This document shows positions 8,547-17,676 of a DNA stretch of 56,006 nt, piece after piece. The notes under the pieces are model-generated. The model saw only the letters and a program-made list of their open reading frames with translations, was not told the origin of the DNA and ran no database searches. The number at the start of each line of letters is the position of its first letter. Within the stretch, counting starts at the first letter, position 1. The translations under genes and the position numbers were made by a program. Source of the stretch: a virus (Duplodnaviria > Caudoviricetes); the IMG/VR virus record IMGVR_UViG_3300032248_000182, positions 1-56,006 of that record. One strand, written 5' to 3'.

Positions 8547-9481
8547 TTGAACTCACAGTCACGCATAATCTCTGCAAGGCAAGCTACAATGTTAATCTCA
8601 GCGTCAGCAACGAACGCTGCCTTGTATTGATAGTCTGCTAGAGTCAAAACCAAACTAGGAATCGACTCTGGCTTAAGAACATCAACAGCGTTATCATAAA
8701 GACTTCTGAACAATGAAGTTGAGTCAGTGTCAGAGTGTTCGCCAACCCACTTACGCATTGCTGTGAAGTTTCTATCTTTCAGCGCAGTAAAAAGTTCTTT
8801 ATAAGAATCAGCAGAACCACTAGCAAGAATGCTGGAGTCGATACGACCGCCGACGGAATACCTTTGGATTTCATTTAACACTCTCCGCCAATCAGGGAAA
8901 TGCCTAGAGATAAGCTCAACAATAACATCCTTATCATACTCAATTTTCTCAACCTTAAGGATGTTGAACACTCTCTTCATAAACTGAGTGGCAAGTGTGG
9001 GTTTATCTTTCTTGGCAATCTTGAACTCAACAACAGAACATCTAGAGTGTAGAGGAGCAATGATGCGATTCTTAAAGTTACAGGTTAGGATGAACCCGCA
9101 GTTCGCACTATACTCTTCCATAAAGTTACGCAGAGAAGGTTGAGTGCTCTGCGCATTTAGATAATCTGCCTCGTCTAGGATCACATATTTCCGACCACCC
9201 TTAAAGGAAACACTAGAAGCAAACTGCATAATCTCATTACGCAGCGTGTCAATGTTGCCGTTAAGTGAACCGTTGACCACGATATAGTCACAGTCCAGCT
9301 GCTCAAGCATTGCGCGAGCAACGGTGGTCTTGCCTACCCCAGCAGTGCCCGTCAACAGAAGATTTGGGATGTTCTTCTGGTCAACGAACTGCTGGAAAAT
9401 TTTCTTCAACTCAGCAGGAAGAATACACTCTTCAATGGTCTTAGGACGGTACTTCTCAACGAACAAAAATTGTTCAATCAT
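8543..9481 (-). CDS. 44: Clamp loader AAA+ subunit (gp44)
   Basis: EKYRP, GTAGVGKTT, ILDEAD, LHSRC. Confidence 0.97.
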   Translation of the reverse strand: MIEQFLFVEKYRPKTIEECILPAELKKIFQQFVDQKNIPNLLLTGTAGVGKTTVARAMLEQLDCDYIVVNGSLNGNIDTLRNEIMQFASSVSFKGGRKYVILDEADYLNAQSTQPSLRNFMEEYSANCGFILTCNFKNRIIAPLHSRCSVVEFKIAKKDKPTLATQFMKRVFNILKVEKIEYDKDVIVELISRHFPDWRRVLNEIQRYSVGGRIDSSILASGSADSYKELFTALKDRNFTAMRKWVGEHSDTDSTSLFRSLYDNAVDVLKPESIPSLVLTLADYQYKAAFVADAEINIVACLAEIMRDCEFK

Positions 9482-9497
9482 AATATAAATCTCACTG

Positions 9498-9938
9498 TTA
9501 TTTGATAAAAATCGTTACATCTATACCAGTCGACGGCTCGACCTTTTCTTTCGCCTTTCTTTTTTTCTTTAATTTAACGATTTGAACGTTAGCCCAACTA
9601 TCATCACTTCGAAGCTCAAGGCTTGCAAAAGTCTCATTGTCAGGCTTTGCGCCGTTGTATTTGTCCCAACAAATTACGCAATCATCCCTTGTTGTATTTG
9701 GATTATACTTTATATAGAAGTTAGATAAAAGCTGTTCTTCACCGCAAATCCTACATTTTTTTACGGCTAATTCTTTAGAAGAACCCAGTGTTCCAGCACT
9801 ATCTATTCTAATTGTATTGACTCTCACACCATAAGGCAAAGTCCTCCAAACATATCCCGCACTGTGTTTTCTTTTCAACGCAGGTTTAGTCGTGCACCTA
9901 TTGATGATGTTCATGGCACTAAGCTCGCTTGGGTTCAA
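9498..9938 (-). CDS. Hypothetical protein with a Cys4 zinc-ribbon motif
   Basis: CRICGE...NFY...DDCVIC and a basic C-terminal patch; overlaps the gp45 stop (TTG start). Confidence 0.55.
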   Translation of the reverse strand: MNPSELSAMNIINRCTTKPALKRKHSAGYVWRTLPYGVRVNTIRIDSAGTLGSSKELAVKKCRICGEEQLLSNFYIKYNPNTTRDDCVICWDKYNGAKPDNETFASLELRSDDSWANVQIVKLKKKRKAKEKVEPSTGIDVTIFIK

Positions 9939-10591
9939 TTAAAAGTAGAAGTAGCCTCGGTCGCAATCCAGTACGTCATTCCTCCTGCAGCAAATTGAGA
10001 GATACCTTTTGAAGAGATTGACACTTCATAAGTTGCATCCATTAGCTTAAAGTTTTCGCTCTTGAACACAGCATTGAAGGTCTGATCCGTTTCACCAACT
10101 TCAACGACGAATGAATCAGCTGTTGGATTCTTCATATCAACAGCCTTTAGAGAGATAATCTTACCATCACCAACGAAAGCAATCTCAGGAAGCTGCATAA
10201 CGCTGCCAGCACGTTGTACTTGCTGAAGGTCTGCGTTGGTTAGTGTCATATTAATCTCAGCGAGAGGTAACGACACGTCCTTTGCCGGTGGCGTGGCAAA
10301 GCTGGATGCATCAGCATAAACATATACCAGCTTCTTCTTATCTACGATGATAGTAGCATCCTTCTCATTGATTACGACTTCAGGCGAATCAAACAGAGAA
10401 AGAACGCCAAGGAATCGCGGCAGGTCATAAATCGCAAAGTCACGATCAAACGTCTCATCAATATCTGCCTTGGCCAGAATGTTCTTCTGGGGAGAGATAA
10501 CTCGGAGCGTGTTGCCCTGACGGAACAGCATGCTCTTGTTGATTGATGAGAAGTTCTTCAATACGGAAATGGTCTTGTCACTGAATTTCAT
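9935..10591 (-). CDS. 45: Sliding clamp (gp45)
   Basis: LKNFSSINKS, FAIYDLPRFL, YWIATE; upstream of gp44. Confidence 0.96.
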   Translation of the reverse strand: MKFSDKTISVLKNFSSINKSMLFRQGNTLRVISPQKNILAKADIDETFDRDFAIYDLPRFLGVLSLFDSPEVVINEKDATIIVDKKKLVYVYADASSFATPPAKDVSLPLAEINMTLTNADLQQVQRAGSVMQLPEIAFVGDGKIISLKAVDMKNPTADSFVVEVGETDQTFNAVFKSENFKLMDATYEVSISSKGISQFAAGGMTYWIATEATSTFN

Positions 10592-10605
10592 TATGTAGTC
10601 TCCTA

Positions 10606-11568
10606 TTAGTTTTTCTTACCAAGTTTTGATGGGTCAGCGGTAGCAGCCGCACCAACCGACGCCAAGTCAGCCAACGAACCACCATAGATGTGGGTTCCTA
10701 CGTGTTGTAGACCAATCCATGGGCACAACCAAACCTTCAAGCCAATCTTTCGCGCCCACTGACAGAACATATAATCTTCTGACAGATAACGGTTAGAATA
10801 CTCAAACCCAAAGACACTGTTCTTCGTATCGCGTACGAAAGCCATTACCTCATCCTTACCAGCCTTGGGATTCTGGTTAAAGAATTCTTCTAGCTCTGGA
10901 ATTATACTTGAATGTTTATTATCAATCAAGGCATCAAAGTACGCTAGAATTTCACGTGAACCGTCGAACGCTGCTGTGCGGACATGGTCCGGGCGATAGT
11001 TGAGCCAAGGATACGCTTCAGAATATTTCTTCAGCGAGGACTTACGGAACATCATAAAACCCGTACCTGCTTCAAGCACTTCTGCTGGTTCGTTTAGAGC
11101 AATCTGATTCTGACCGTTGGCAGGATTGAATACGTAGTCACCCACAAACTTGTCTAGAACATTCGGGTCTTCATCAGCAACACCTTTGTCTACAGCTGCT
11201 TTAATCTTTTCCCAGCTGATACACTTCTTCGGGTAAGGAGCGCAAAGAACATCGTATGGGCTGTCTTCAGACTGAAGAGCCATCATCGTTAGAATGTCGT
11301 TGGCGTTGAACCCGATGTCGCTATCAATGAATAGCATGTGGGTACAATCAGAACGCATAAACTCGTCTACGCAGTAGTTACGTGCACGAGTAATCAGCGA
11401 CTCATTGAACAGGTAGTAGTATTTTACTTCTAGACCGTAATGAACTGCTAGCGCAGATAGGTCGTTAGATGAGCGAGTGAACATACCTGCGCACATACCA
11501 CCATACATTGGCGTAGCGACAAATAGCTTTCGCTGGCGAAGTTCTTCTATTGGGATCTTAATTTCCAT
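10606..11568 (-). CDS. GT-A fold glycosyltransferase-like protein
   Basis: LFVATPMYGG, ESLITRARN, MLFIDSDI (DxD), AGTGFM, YLSEDYMFC, LQHVG. Confidence 0.8.
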   Translation of the reverse strand: MEIKIPIEELRQRKLFVATPMYGGMCAGMFTRSSNDLSALAVHYGLEVKYYYLFNESLITRARNYCVDEFMRSDCTHMLFIDSDIGFNANDILTMMALQSEDSPYDVLCAPYPKKCISWEKIKAAVDKGVADEDPNVLDKFVGDYVFNPANGQNQIALNEPAEVLEAGTGFMMFRKSSLKKYSEAYPWLNYRPDHVRTAAFDGSREILAYFDALIDNKHSSIIPELEEFFNQNPKAGKDEVMAFVRDTKNSVFGFEYSNRYLSEDYMFCQWARKIGLKVWLCPWIGLQHVGTHIYGGSLADLASVGAAATADPSKLGKKN

Positions 11569-11570
11569 TA

Positions 11571-11912
11571 TTATTTCTCCAAATCATGCACATATAATTG
11601 AATAATAGCGTAGTGAATTACTTTGAGAAGATCTTGTTTCCAATCTTCTCTAGAACCCTTACGCCCATAACGTTGAGCATACTTTAAAACATTTCCAACA
11701 CAAAAGCCAGTGCCATGACCGGAGTCGATTATAAACTCGGTAGCCTGATACTTGTTCTGAGAATAATGCTGCCCGTAAGTCTTGTCAATATAAGCCTTCA
11801 GCATTTCCAAAGTCTTATCTTCATTGTATTTATAATCGATCTTTGTCACCCCTCTAACGCAGATCGGTTCATCTTCAATTGATCTGTAAGTCACACCCAT
11901 ACATTCCTCCAA
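11571..11912 (-). CDS. DUF3310-like small protein of nucleotide-modification loci
   Basis: HY, GFCVGNVLKYAQRYGRK, DLLKVIHYA. Confidence 0.8.
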   Translation of the reverse strand: MEECMGVTYRSIEDEPICVRGVTKIDYKYNEDKTLEMLKAYIDKTYGQHYSQNKYQATEFIIDSGHGTGFCVGNVLKYAQRYGRKGSREDWKQDLLKVIHYAIIQLYVHDLEK

Positions 11913-12445
11913 GTATACACCATATGAATAATAAAGTCAACCACATCTTTTTGTTCGTCTAGAGTTTGATTAGAACGTTTCTCAATCACGCTCATCAGTT
12001 CCATATTTGTTAGGATGTTAGCAATCTTAGACTCGCGTCCGGCTAACCAAGTCTCGTTCTGATTACTTCCCCGTTCAGCATAGCGTTCTTTGCGAACGTC
12101 ACGGTCAGTCTTAAGATACACCACAGTGGTGTCATACAAAGAATTGCAGTGTTCAAGGAAGGACGCAGTACATAGTCTATCGCCTTCGAACAGAACAACC
12201 GCACCTTTGTTTAGAGTTCCTAAGAACGATATCGCATCAGGTTGTACAGCCATACTAAGAGCGTCTGTTCCTGAGAACGTTTTATCTTCTTCGTATATAC
12301 CTAAGACATAAAGGTTGTTGGAGTGATGATACCGTACAAGGTTGTGTTTTTCAACCTCATATCCGATACCGAGTCCTTTCATAACATTCTTCATAAGACT
12401 GGTCTTACCAGATCCAGGCTCACCCATAACAGCAATCACTTTCAT
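11891..12445 (-). CDS. P-loop kinase, candidate 5-hydroxymethylpyrimidine DNA kinase
   Basis: GEPGSGKT, LGIY..FSGTDALS, FEGDRL, lid R..RGSNQ; adjacent to the aG/PT-PPlase-like gene. Confidence 0.78.
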   Translation of the reverse strand: MKVIAVMGEPGSGKTSLMKNVMKGLGIGYEVEKHNLVRYHHSNNLYVLGIYEEDKTFSGTDALSMAVQPDAISFLGTLNKGAVVLFEGDRLCTASFLEHCNSLYDTTVVYLKTDRDVRKERYAERGSNQNETWLAGRESKIANILTNMELMSVIEKRSNQTLDEQKDVVDFIIHMVYTWRNVWV

Positions 12446-12446
12446 T

Positions 12447-13592
12447 TTATTCTCCTAGTAATTCAATCCCATCATTAAAATTGTTAGCAAAGCAATCCCA
12501 ATCCTGATCCATCATAATAACTTGACCCGTAAGACGATAGTGATTCTGTTTTCGTTTACCATATCCAGGGTCGGCAAGGTTAGACTCTAGTCTAAGATTT
12601 TTAGGTAGACAATCTTCGCGCATTTTCCAAAAGTGATCAAACTTGTTTCCCCATACGCTCTCGCTATACTTAATGCGATTGTAGAACATATCGTTGTATA
12701 CATTGGGGTAGCGCCTGTCTGGACGATGCCAGGACTTATAACAGCAGAGAGTGCTTTCTAGAGTAAAGTAACTAACATCATTATGCACGATTCTTTGTTT
12801 GGCTTCACTGAACAGCTGGTCGCCTTCTTCTGTTAGCCAATCTATAGTTTCTTTGCTGTATCCTTCAAATTTGTCATTGCCAGAAGCTTTAGTTTCCCAC
12901 CAATCTAAATCATCTCTACCGAGAACCTTGCATAACCCGTTACGATGAGATTTAGAACCGTCAATATCATCTAAGAATAAACTGTTGCAATCTATCGGCA
13001 ACCCTTGTATGCGCAAATACTCTAGGTAGGAAAAGGTAGACAACCTACCGAAGGTCAAGAAGTTGCTTCGTACATATCCCCAAGTATTTTCAAAATTCTT
13101 ATAAACGTCGCCAGTATTGTTAAGACTCTCAAACATATTTACTTGGCTGCCAAATTTGTCAACAAGCGTCTTATATTTCGCGACACAGTTTGAGAACCCT
13201 GTCTTTCCTATCTTAAAATACTTTCTGTCAGAATCCCACCCGCTACCTGCTTTGAAGTTCATATGATTGTCTTGCCACCAATCAGTCAGCTCTTCAATTT
13301 TTATATCTTTAAACTTGGGGAACCGTTCGAAGATGATAGATGTTGTGACGATATGTTGAGAGCATCCGTTGATGAATGCCATCCAGAGTTTATCTTCAAG
13401 GTCTAAGTTGTAGTAATTAGCAAGCCAAGGTAAAGCGTAGTATACTGCTCCAGGATGCGCTCTATGCTTCAAGTGGAATTCATAGAACCTTAAGAACACT
13501 TCTCGTCGATACTGCGGCAGGCGAAAGTCTAATCCTCTATGAAGATCTTTTTCTTCGGGTACGTTATTTAATTGACACCATCTTGCTGTCAT
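12447..13592 (-). CDS. aG/PT-pyrophosphorylase-like amino acid:DNA transferase (HhH-glycosylase fold)
   Basis: FGRLSTFSYLEYL (HhH-like), SHRNGL, C-terminal LESTLCCYKS...RYPNVYND; context of kinase and PLP enzyme. Confidence 0.78.
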   Translation of the reverse strand: MTARWCQLNNVPEEKDLHRGLDFRLPQYRREVFLRFYEFHLKHRAHPGAVYYALPWLANYYNLDLEDKLWMAFINGCSQHIVTTSIIFERFPKFKDIKIEELTDWWQDNHMNFKAGSGWDSDRKYFKIGKTGFSNCVAKYKTLVDKFGSQVNMFESLNNTGDVYKNFENTWGYVRSNFLTFGRLSTFSYLEYLRIQGLPIDCNSLFLDDIDGSKSHRNGLCKVLGRDDLDWWETKASGNDKFEGYSKETIDWLTEEGDQLFSEAKQRIVHNDVSYFTLESTLCCYKSWHRPDRRYPNVYNDMFYNRIKYSESVWGNKFDHFWKMREDCLPKNLRLESNLADPGYGKRKQNHYRLTGQVIMMDQDWDCFANNFNDGIELLGE

Positions 13593-14728
13593 CGATATGC
13601 ACCTCTATACGATTTCTCATATTCTTTGATTGTGGGTGGGATTTCTCCAAGAGTATATTTTAATTTGTCATCTAGGTAATTCTTATTTGGAGCACTACCC
13701 ACAATCCACATCATCGTTTTTTCATTTAAGATTTCAGGCATTCTTTCATTTACGAAAGTCATCACCTTACCTTCGTAACGAGGATGGAAGTCGATACCTT
13801 CGTAGTTATATGGCATAGTGTTATCGTACCTAACATAGTTAGTACTGTGTAGATCATAGTAGTGCAAGTTATACTCAAAATCTATTTTACTGCTTTCCGT
13901 AAAAGAAGTCAAGTCATTATTATACTTCTGTTCTTGCTTCCTGGCATCAGTGTAATTTCTTTTGAACAATCTAGTGGGCACACTAGACAGCTTTTCTATA
14001 ATCTCTAATCTTTCTTCAATCAAATCTAATTTGTTAGGACCAATTCCGATAAGATGCACATCCCGTAAGTTTTTAGGTTTGAACCGAGCAATACCATAAA
14101 GAATAGATGTAGCAGAGTTGCAAGAGCCAGCAGGGATAATCAATCGCTCGATATGATCCGGAATGTTCTTAACTTGTTCAGAGCCAACGTAGTGGAACTG
14201 TTCAACTCTACGTGCGGGATTAACCTTGTGGTCTAGCGTTATCCCGTATTCAAGATAAAAATAATCCGATAGCGTCTCATCTTCTTCTAAGCACTTTTTA
14301 ACTTTGCGTTGAAGAACAGGATTGTATGCAATTTTAGGATTAAAAATAAATCTAGAACCAAACCAATTCGCTATGGAAACATTCTCGTGAGCGATAGCAG
14401 CTTTCGGATTTGTAGCACCGATAACGTGCACGGAATCAAACCCAAAGTGTTTGGCCAAGACAGCCTGGAAAGAATGTTGCGGCGAATGTACAGAAGTGCC
14501 AGATATAATTCCTACCGGATTCTTTGTCTTGTTGTATTCGCTGAACAACCAAAGACATTGCCTACCTTTAGAACCGTTGACAAATCCGTATCCTAAAGGA
14601 GCAAAGTAATCTTCCCTCTTGAAGAACAACTTTCCGTGTTGTTCTACAGGAGTCATATCGTAAAGATAGTCTTCCCACTTTATAACATTCCTGTTTAAAG
14701 AGAGGGTGGGGAAGATTGTCTTGTTCAA
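13589..14728 (-). CDS. Fold-type II PLP-dependent enzyme (ACC deaminase/cysteine desulfhydrase-like), candidate DNA-amino acid decarboxylase or lyase
   Basis: TPVE...FKREDY...NGSKGRQ (PLP lysine), SPQ, IPAGSCNS, PRYEGK, WIVG; TTG start overlaps the upstream TGA. Confidence 0.82.
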   Translation of the reverse strand: MNKTIFPTLSLNRNVIKWEDYLYDMTPVEQHGKLFFKREDYFAPLGYGFVNGSKGRQCLWLFSEYNKTKNPVGIISGTSVHSPQHSFQAVLAKHFGFDSVHVIGATNPKAAIAHENVSIANWFGSRFIFNPKIAYNPVLQRKVKKCLEEDETLSDYFYLEYGITLDHKVNPARRVEQFHYVGSEQVKNIPDHIERLIIPAGSCNSATSILYGIARFKPKNLRDVHLIGIGPNKLDLIEERLEIIEKLSSVPTRLFKRNYTDARKQEQKYNNDLTSFTESSKIDFEYNLHYYDLHSTNYVRYDNTMPYNYEGIDFHPRYEGKVMTFVNERMPEILNEKTMMWIVGSAPNKNYLDDKLKYTLGEIPPTIKEYEKSYRGAYR

Positions 14729-16038
14729 GAGAAAAAATCCTCAAGTGTCGCGGCAGAAGATTTTCCATACGGGTCAACCATATTATGTTTCTTCATATAA
14801 TCGAACCACTCTTTATCTTCCCACATTCCAGGAGATACACCGTTCCATAGCGGACGAGAAAACTTGTGGCTCTTGTCGCTGCGACGTTCTTCAACATATT
14901 GTTTACGTAACGACTCATAGTCCCAAGATTTACAATCTAGCATATCTTCTCGAAAGTATGCCACAAGACTCATTCTATCAGGCTCTACGCCTTCTGCAGG
15001 AGCTTCTAGCGGAGCATTAGAGTGAATAGCCGTATGGTTGGCTACAAGCAACAAGTCGCCCGGACGCAGGTCTACAGCAGCTCTAAACTCAGGAAGAATA
15101 AGCTCTGCTCCCTTCCAGCCCTTACCAAAGGTGCATAGATTAGAGAACCCGTCACCCAAGTCACCAGCGTCTAGATGCGCAGCAGTGCGCCAGTTATGAT
15201 TAACTGTAAGCGTAGTAAACACTGTCTCATCAATCAGAAACCGTTTATCCAGCTTGTCAGCCGCAGCACGTTGCGCCGCCCAACGTTGAGGTAACAGATT
15301 CTTAAACTCGTTATTCAGACGATTGAGGAACGGGAAAGATTTTACAAACAGCTCAGGATTCTTTTCCGTGAAAGAAGTAGCACGTCCATAAGGAATACGA
15401 GGATACCGAGAGTAGTAACCCGCCACACCTGAGATTACCGTCTGCGCATAGTTGGTTTCAGAAATAAAATTATCTCTGATGTATGTGGCTTCTGCGATTC
15501 TAACTTCTTCAGACTTACTCTTTAAGGAATCTACCCAACGGTCAAACCACCCGAAGTATGGGTCGTGTTCTTTACATACTTCGCTACGGAGCCAAACGTT
15601 GCCGCGAGTTTCTTCTTTAGCGTTTCCACCATCAGCAAATTTTTGTTTAATAGACTCTAGCGATTCAGAATCTAGAAAAGAGTTGTGAGCTTTGGTAAGG
15701 AATTCAAGAACCGCTACTTGATACGGGGTAACCCATTCTCGACCGCCTCTAGAAGCAGAGTGTAATACTTCTCCACGAGGACCAGCAGCCATACCACGAT
15801 TTTGAGATTCGCTCGCTGCGGTAATAAGACCTTCATAGCATAGGTCTAGCTCTTCTTGAGTAAAGACGTTTTTGCGAAACCTCACTACGACATTTTCTTC
15901 GGTCATATCGCCGTGTAATGATGGAGCGTATACGTCCGTATCTTCAGTTAGAAGATGATCGTAATGCGAGCTGTCTAAGAATTTTCCGATTAAATCGTTA
16001 CAATCAAATTTCTTTTCGCAATAAATCACTTTTGTCAT
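14725..16038 (-). CDS. TET/JBP-family 2OG-Fe(II) dioxygenase
   Basis: FTTLTVNHNWRTAAHLDAGD (HxD), VDLRPGDLLL, HTAIHSN (distal His), RMSLVAYFRE (2OG-binding Arg). Confidence 0.88.
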   Translation of the reverse strand: MTKVIYCEKKFDCNDLIGKFLDSSHYDHLLTEDTDVYAPSLHGDMTEENVVVRFRKNVFTQEELDLCYEGLITAASESQNRGMAAGPRGEVLHSASRGGREWVTPYQVAVLEFLTKAHNSFLDSESLESIKQKFADGGNAKEETRGNVWLRSEVCKEHDPYFGWFDRWVDSLKSKSEEVRIAEATYIRDNFISETNYAQTVISGVAGYYSRYPRIPYGRATSFTEKNPELFVKSFPFLNRLNNEFKNLLPQRWAAQRAAADKLDKRFLIDETVFTTLTVNHNWRTAAHLDAGDLGDGFSNLCTFGKGWKGAELILPEFRAAVDLRPGDLLLVANHTAIHSNAPLEAPAEGVEPDRMSLVAYFREDMLDCKSWDYESLRKQYVEERRSDKSHKFSRPLWNGVSPGMWEDKEWFDYMKKHNMVDPYGKSSAATLEDFFS

Positions 16039-16044
16039 ATTGTC

Positions 16045-16560
16045 CTACTTTACCTTTTTCATTTCAGATAATTTATCATAGACTCTTTTTAATTTCGCCG
16101 CCTTCGCCTTATGAAAAGCATTCGCTCTACTAAGGTGCACGATTCCGTTCAGATGATCAAGTTCGTGTTGAAAGCAGCGAGAGCTCAGTCCATCAAATTT
16201 TACGGTAGTGGTTTCACCGTTAGGCATAGTGAATCGAACCCGTATAATCTGCGGTCGTTTTATTTTAACCGCTATTCCTGGAAAAGTCAAGCACCCTTCA
16301 TTGATGTACACCATCTCATCTGACATAGTCACAATTCTTGGGTTAAAACAAGCTAGAACCGTTTCCCCTGTTAGTACAAAAACACGGTAAGGAAGACCAC
16401 ACTGATTAGCAGCAAGACCAATCCCCTTGTTATATATCATTGTCTCAGTTAGATCTTTCGCCAACTGAATAGGGTCAGTAGGAGGATTCGCAAAATCAAA
16501 GTCTTCCATCTTCTGACGAAGAATTGGATGGTTCTTGTCTACAAGGTTTAGAATGGCCAT
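16045..16560 (-). CDS. def: Peptide deformylase
   Basis: GIGLAANQ, EGCLT, QHELDHLNG. Confidence 0.96.
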   Translation of the reverse strand: MAILNLVDKNHPILRQKMEDFDFANPPTDPIQLAKDLTETMIYNKGIGLAANQCGLPYRVFVLTGETVLACFNPRIVTMSDEMVYINEGCLTFPGIAVKIKRPQIIRVRFTMPNGETTTVKFDGLSSRCFQHELDHLNGIVHLSRANAFHKAKAAKLKRVYDKLSEMKKVK

Positions 16561-16955
16561 TAGAATTTTTTACCTCCGTCCTTTTCACGGTTAGCTAATT
16601 GATGATCTGCACGGGAGTAATTATACGAGTGCTTTTCAGCGATTGCGCCAGCAACGTCTAAGTCGTAAAGTCCAGCCATATCTAGAATACGAATGATACA
16701 GTCGGCTAGTTCTACTTCTAGCATCTTGCGATTAGGAAGATGATCGTCCATCAAATCCTTGCGTGCACCTTCGAGTGCTTCACTAAGCTCGCTGTGACAT
16801 AATGCGATTAGAGTGCCGACTTCACGCACTTTGTCGTGCCAACCCATATCGTAAGCTTGGCTGTGTAGCTTTTCTGTAATAGAACGTAATGCGGCAATTT
16901 GTTGTTCGGTAAGAGCGTAGGGGGATGATGCGTATGGTGCCATAGTATTCTCCAT
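16560..16955 (-). CDS. MazG-like all-alpha NTP pyrophosphohydrolase
   Basis: LCHSELSEALEG.RK...EVELADCIIRILD...EK..YN..R. Confidence 0.85.
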   Translation of the reverse strand: MENTMAPYASSPYALTEQQIAALRSITEKLHSQAYDMGWHDKVREVGTLIALCHSELSEALEGARKDLMDDHLPNRKMLEVELADCIIRILDMAGLYDLDVAGAIAEKHSYNYSRADHQLANREKDGGKKF

Positions 16956-16956
16956 A

Positions 16957-17676
16957 TTAAATTACTTTGTAAATGCCGTCAGCGACGGATTGATCAACTT
17001 TTTTATACCCGAATGGTTCTAGCAGCTTTAGAATATCTTCTTCTAGATTTACAGCGTTAGAGTTTCCGCCGTGATTAAGTCCACGATATTCGTCGTCTGT
17101 ATGTCTGTTGAAGTATTCAAAGAACCCGAGTTCACAAGCAATAACTGGCTTGTATTTCTCGATAGTCTTTAGTGCACCCCTAATCACATTCAACTCATAA
17201 AACTCAACATCAAGTTGCATAAACCCGCAGGCATCTAGATTTAGAGAGTCAACTGTAATCATAGGAACAAATCCTTGATCAATCTCGTTGACTGTATGCG
17301 TACCCGTGTTAATAGAGGAAGGACGATTGACCGTAATTAGTTTATTCTCAGCGCCCAACGCAGCTTGCATTTTAACGATGTTGTTCTTCTGACAGTTGAA
17401 CGTTAAGCACAAGAAGTTTAGCGGGTCTGGTTCAAAAGTATATACTCTCTCAAACATATCAGAAAGGAACCGAGGATGCATTCCCATACAACCGCCAGCC
17501 TGAATGCAAACTGAAAAATCAGTTACGTGTTGCTTATACTTTTCTTTATGAGAGTTTGTCCAGTCGACGATGATACCGTTCCAGGCTTGATGGTCTTGTG
17601 TAATCCAAAGCCAAGGCGAGATACCTTCTACGGCTTCCATTCTCATTTCTACTTGATCAATATAATTGTCACTCAT
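16957..17676 (-). CDS. FkbM-family SAM-dependent methyltransferase (copy 2)
   Basis: IQAGGCMG, VYTFEPDP, MQLDVEFYELNVIRGA..TI.KYKPVIACE. Confidence 0.88.
   Translation of the reverse strand: MSDNYIDQVEMRMEAVEGISPWLWITQDHQAWNGIIVDWTNSHKEKYKQHVTDFSVCIQAGGCMGMHPRFLSDMFERVYTFEPDPLNFLCLTFNCQKNNIVKMQAALGAENKLITVNRPSSINTGTHTVNEIDQGFVPMITVDSLNLDACGFMQLDVEFYELNVIRGALKTIEKYKPVIACELGFFEYFNRHTDDEYRGLNHGGNSNAVNLEEDILKLLEPFGYKKVDQSVADGIYKVI

Noticed and set aside
8261-11834. Intragenic TATAAATA at 8261-8268 (gp62) and 11827-11834 (DUF3310-like gene)
   Set aside because: They could be late promoters for regA and the glycosyltransferase, but are explained equally well by coding constraints and AT richness.
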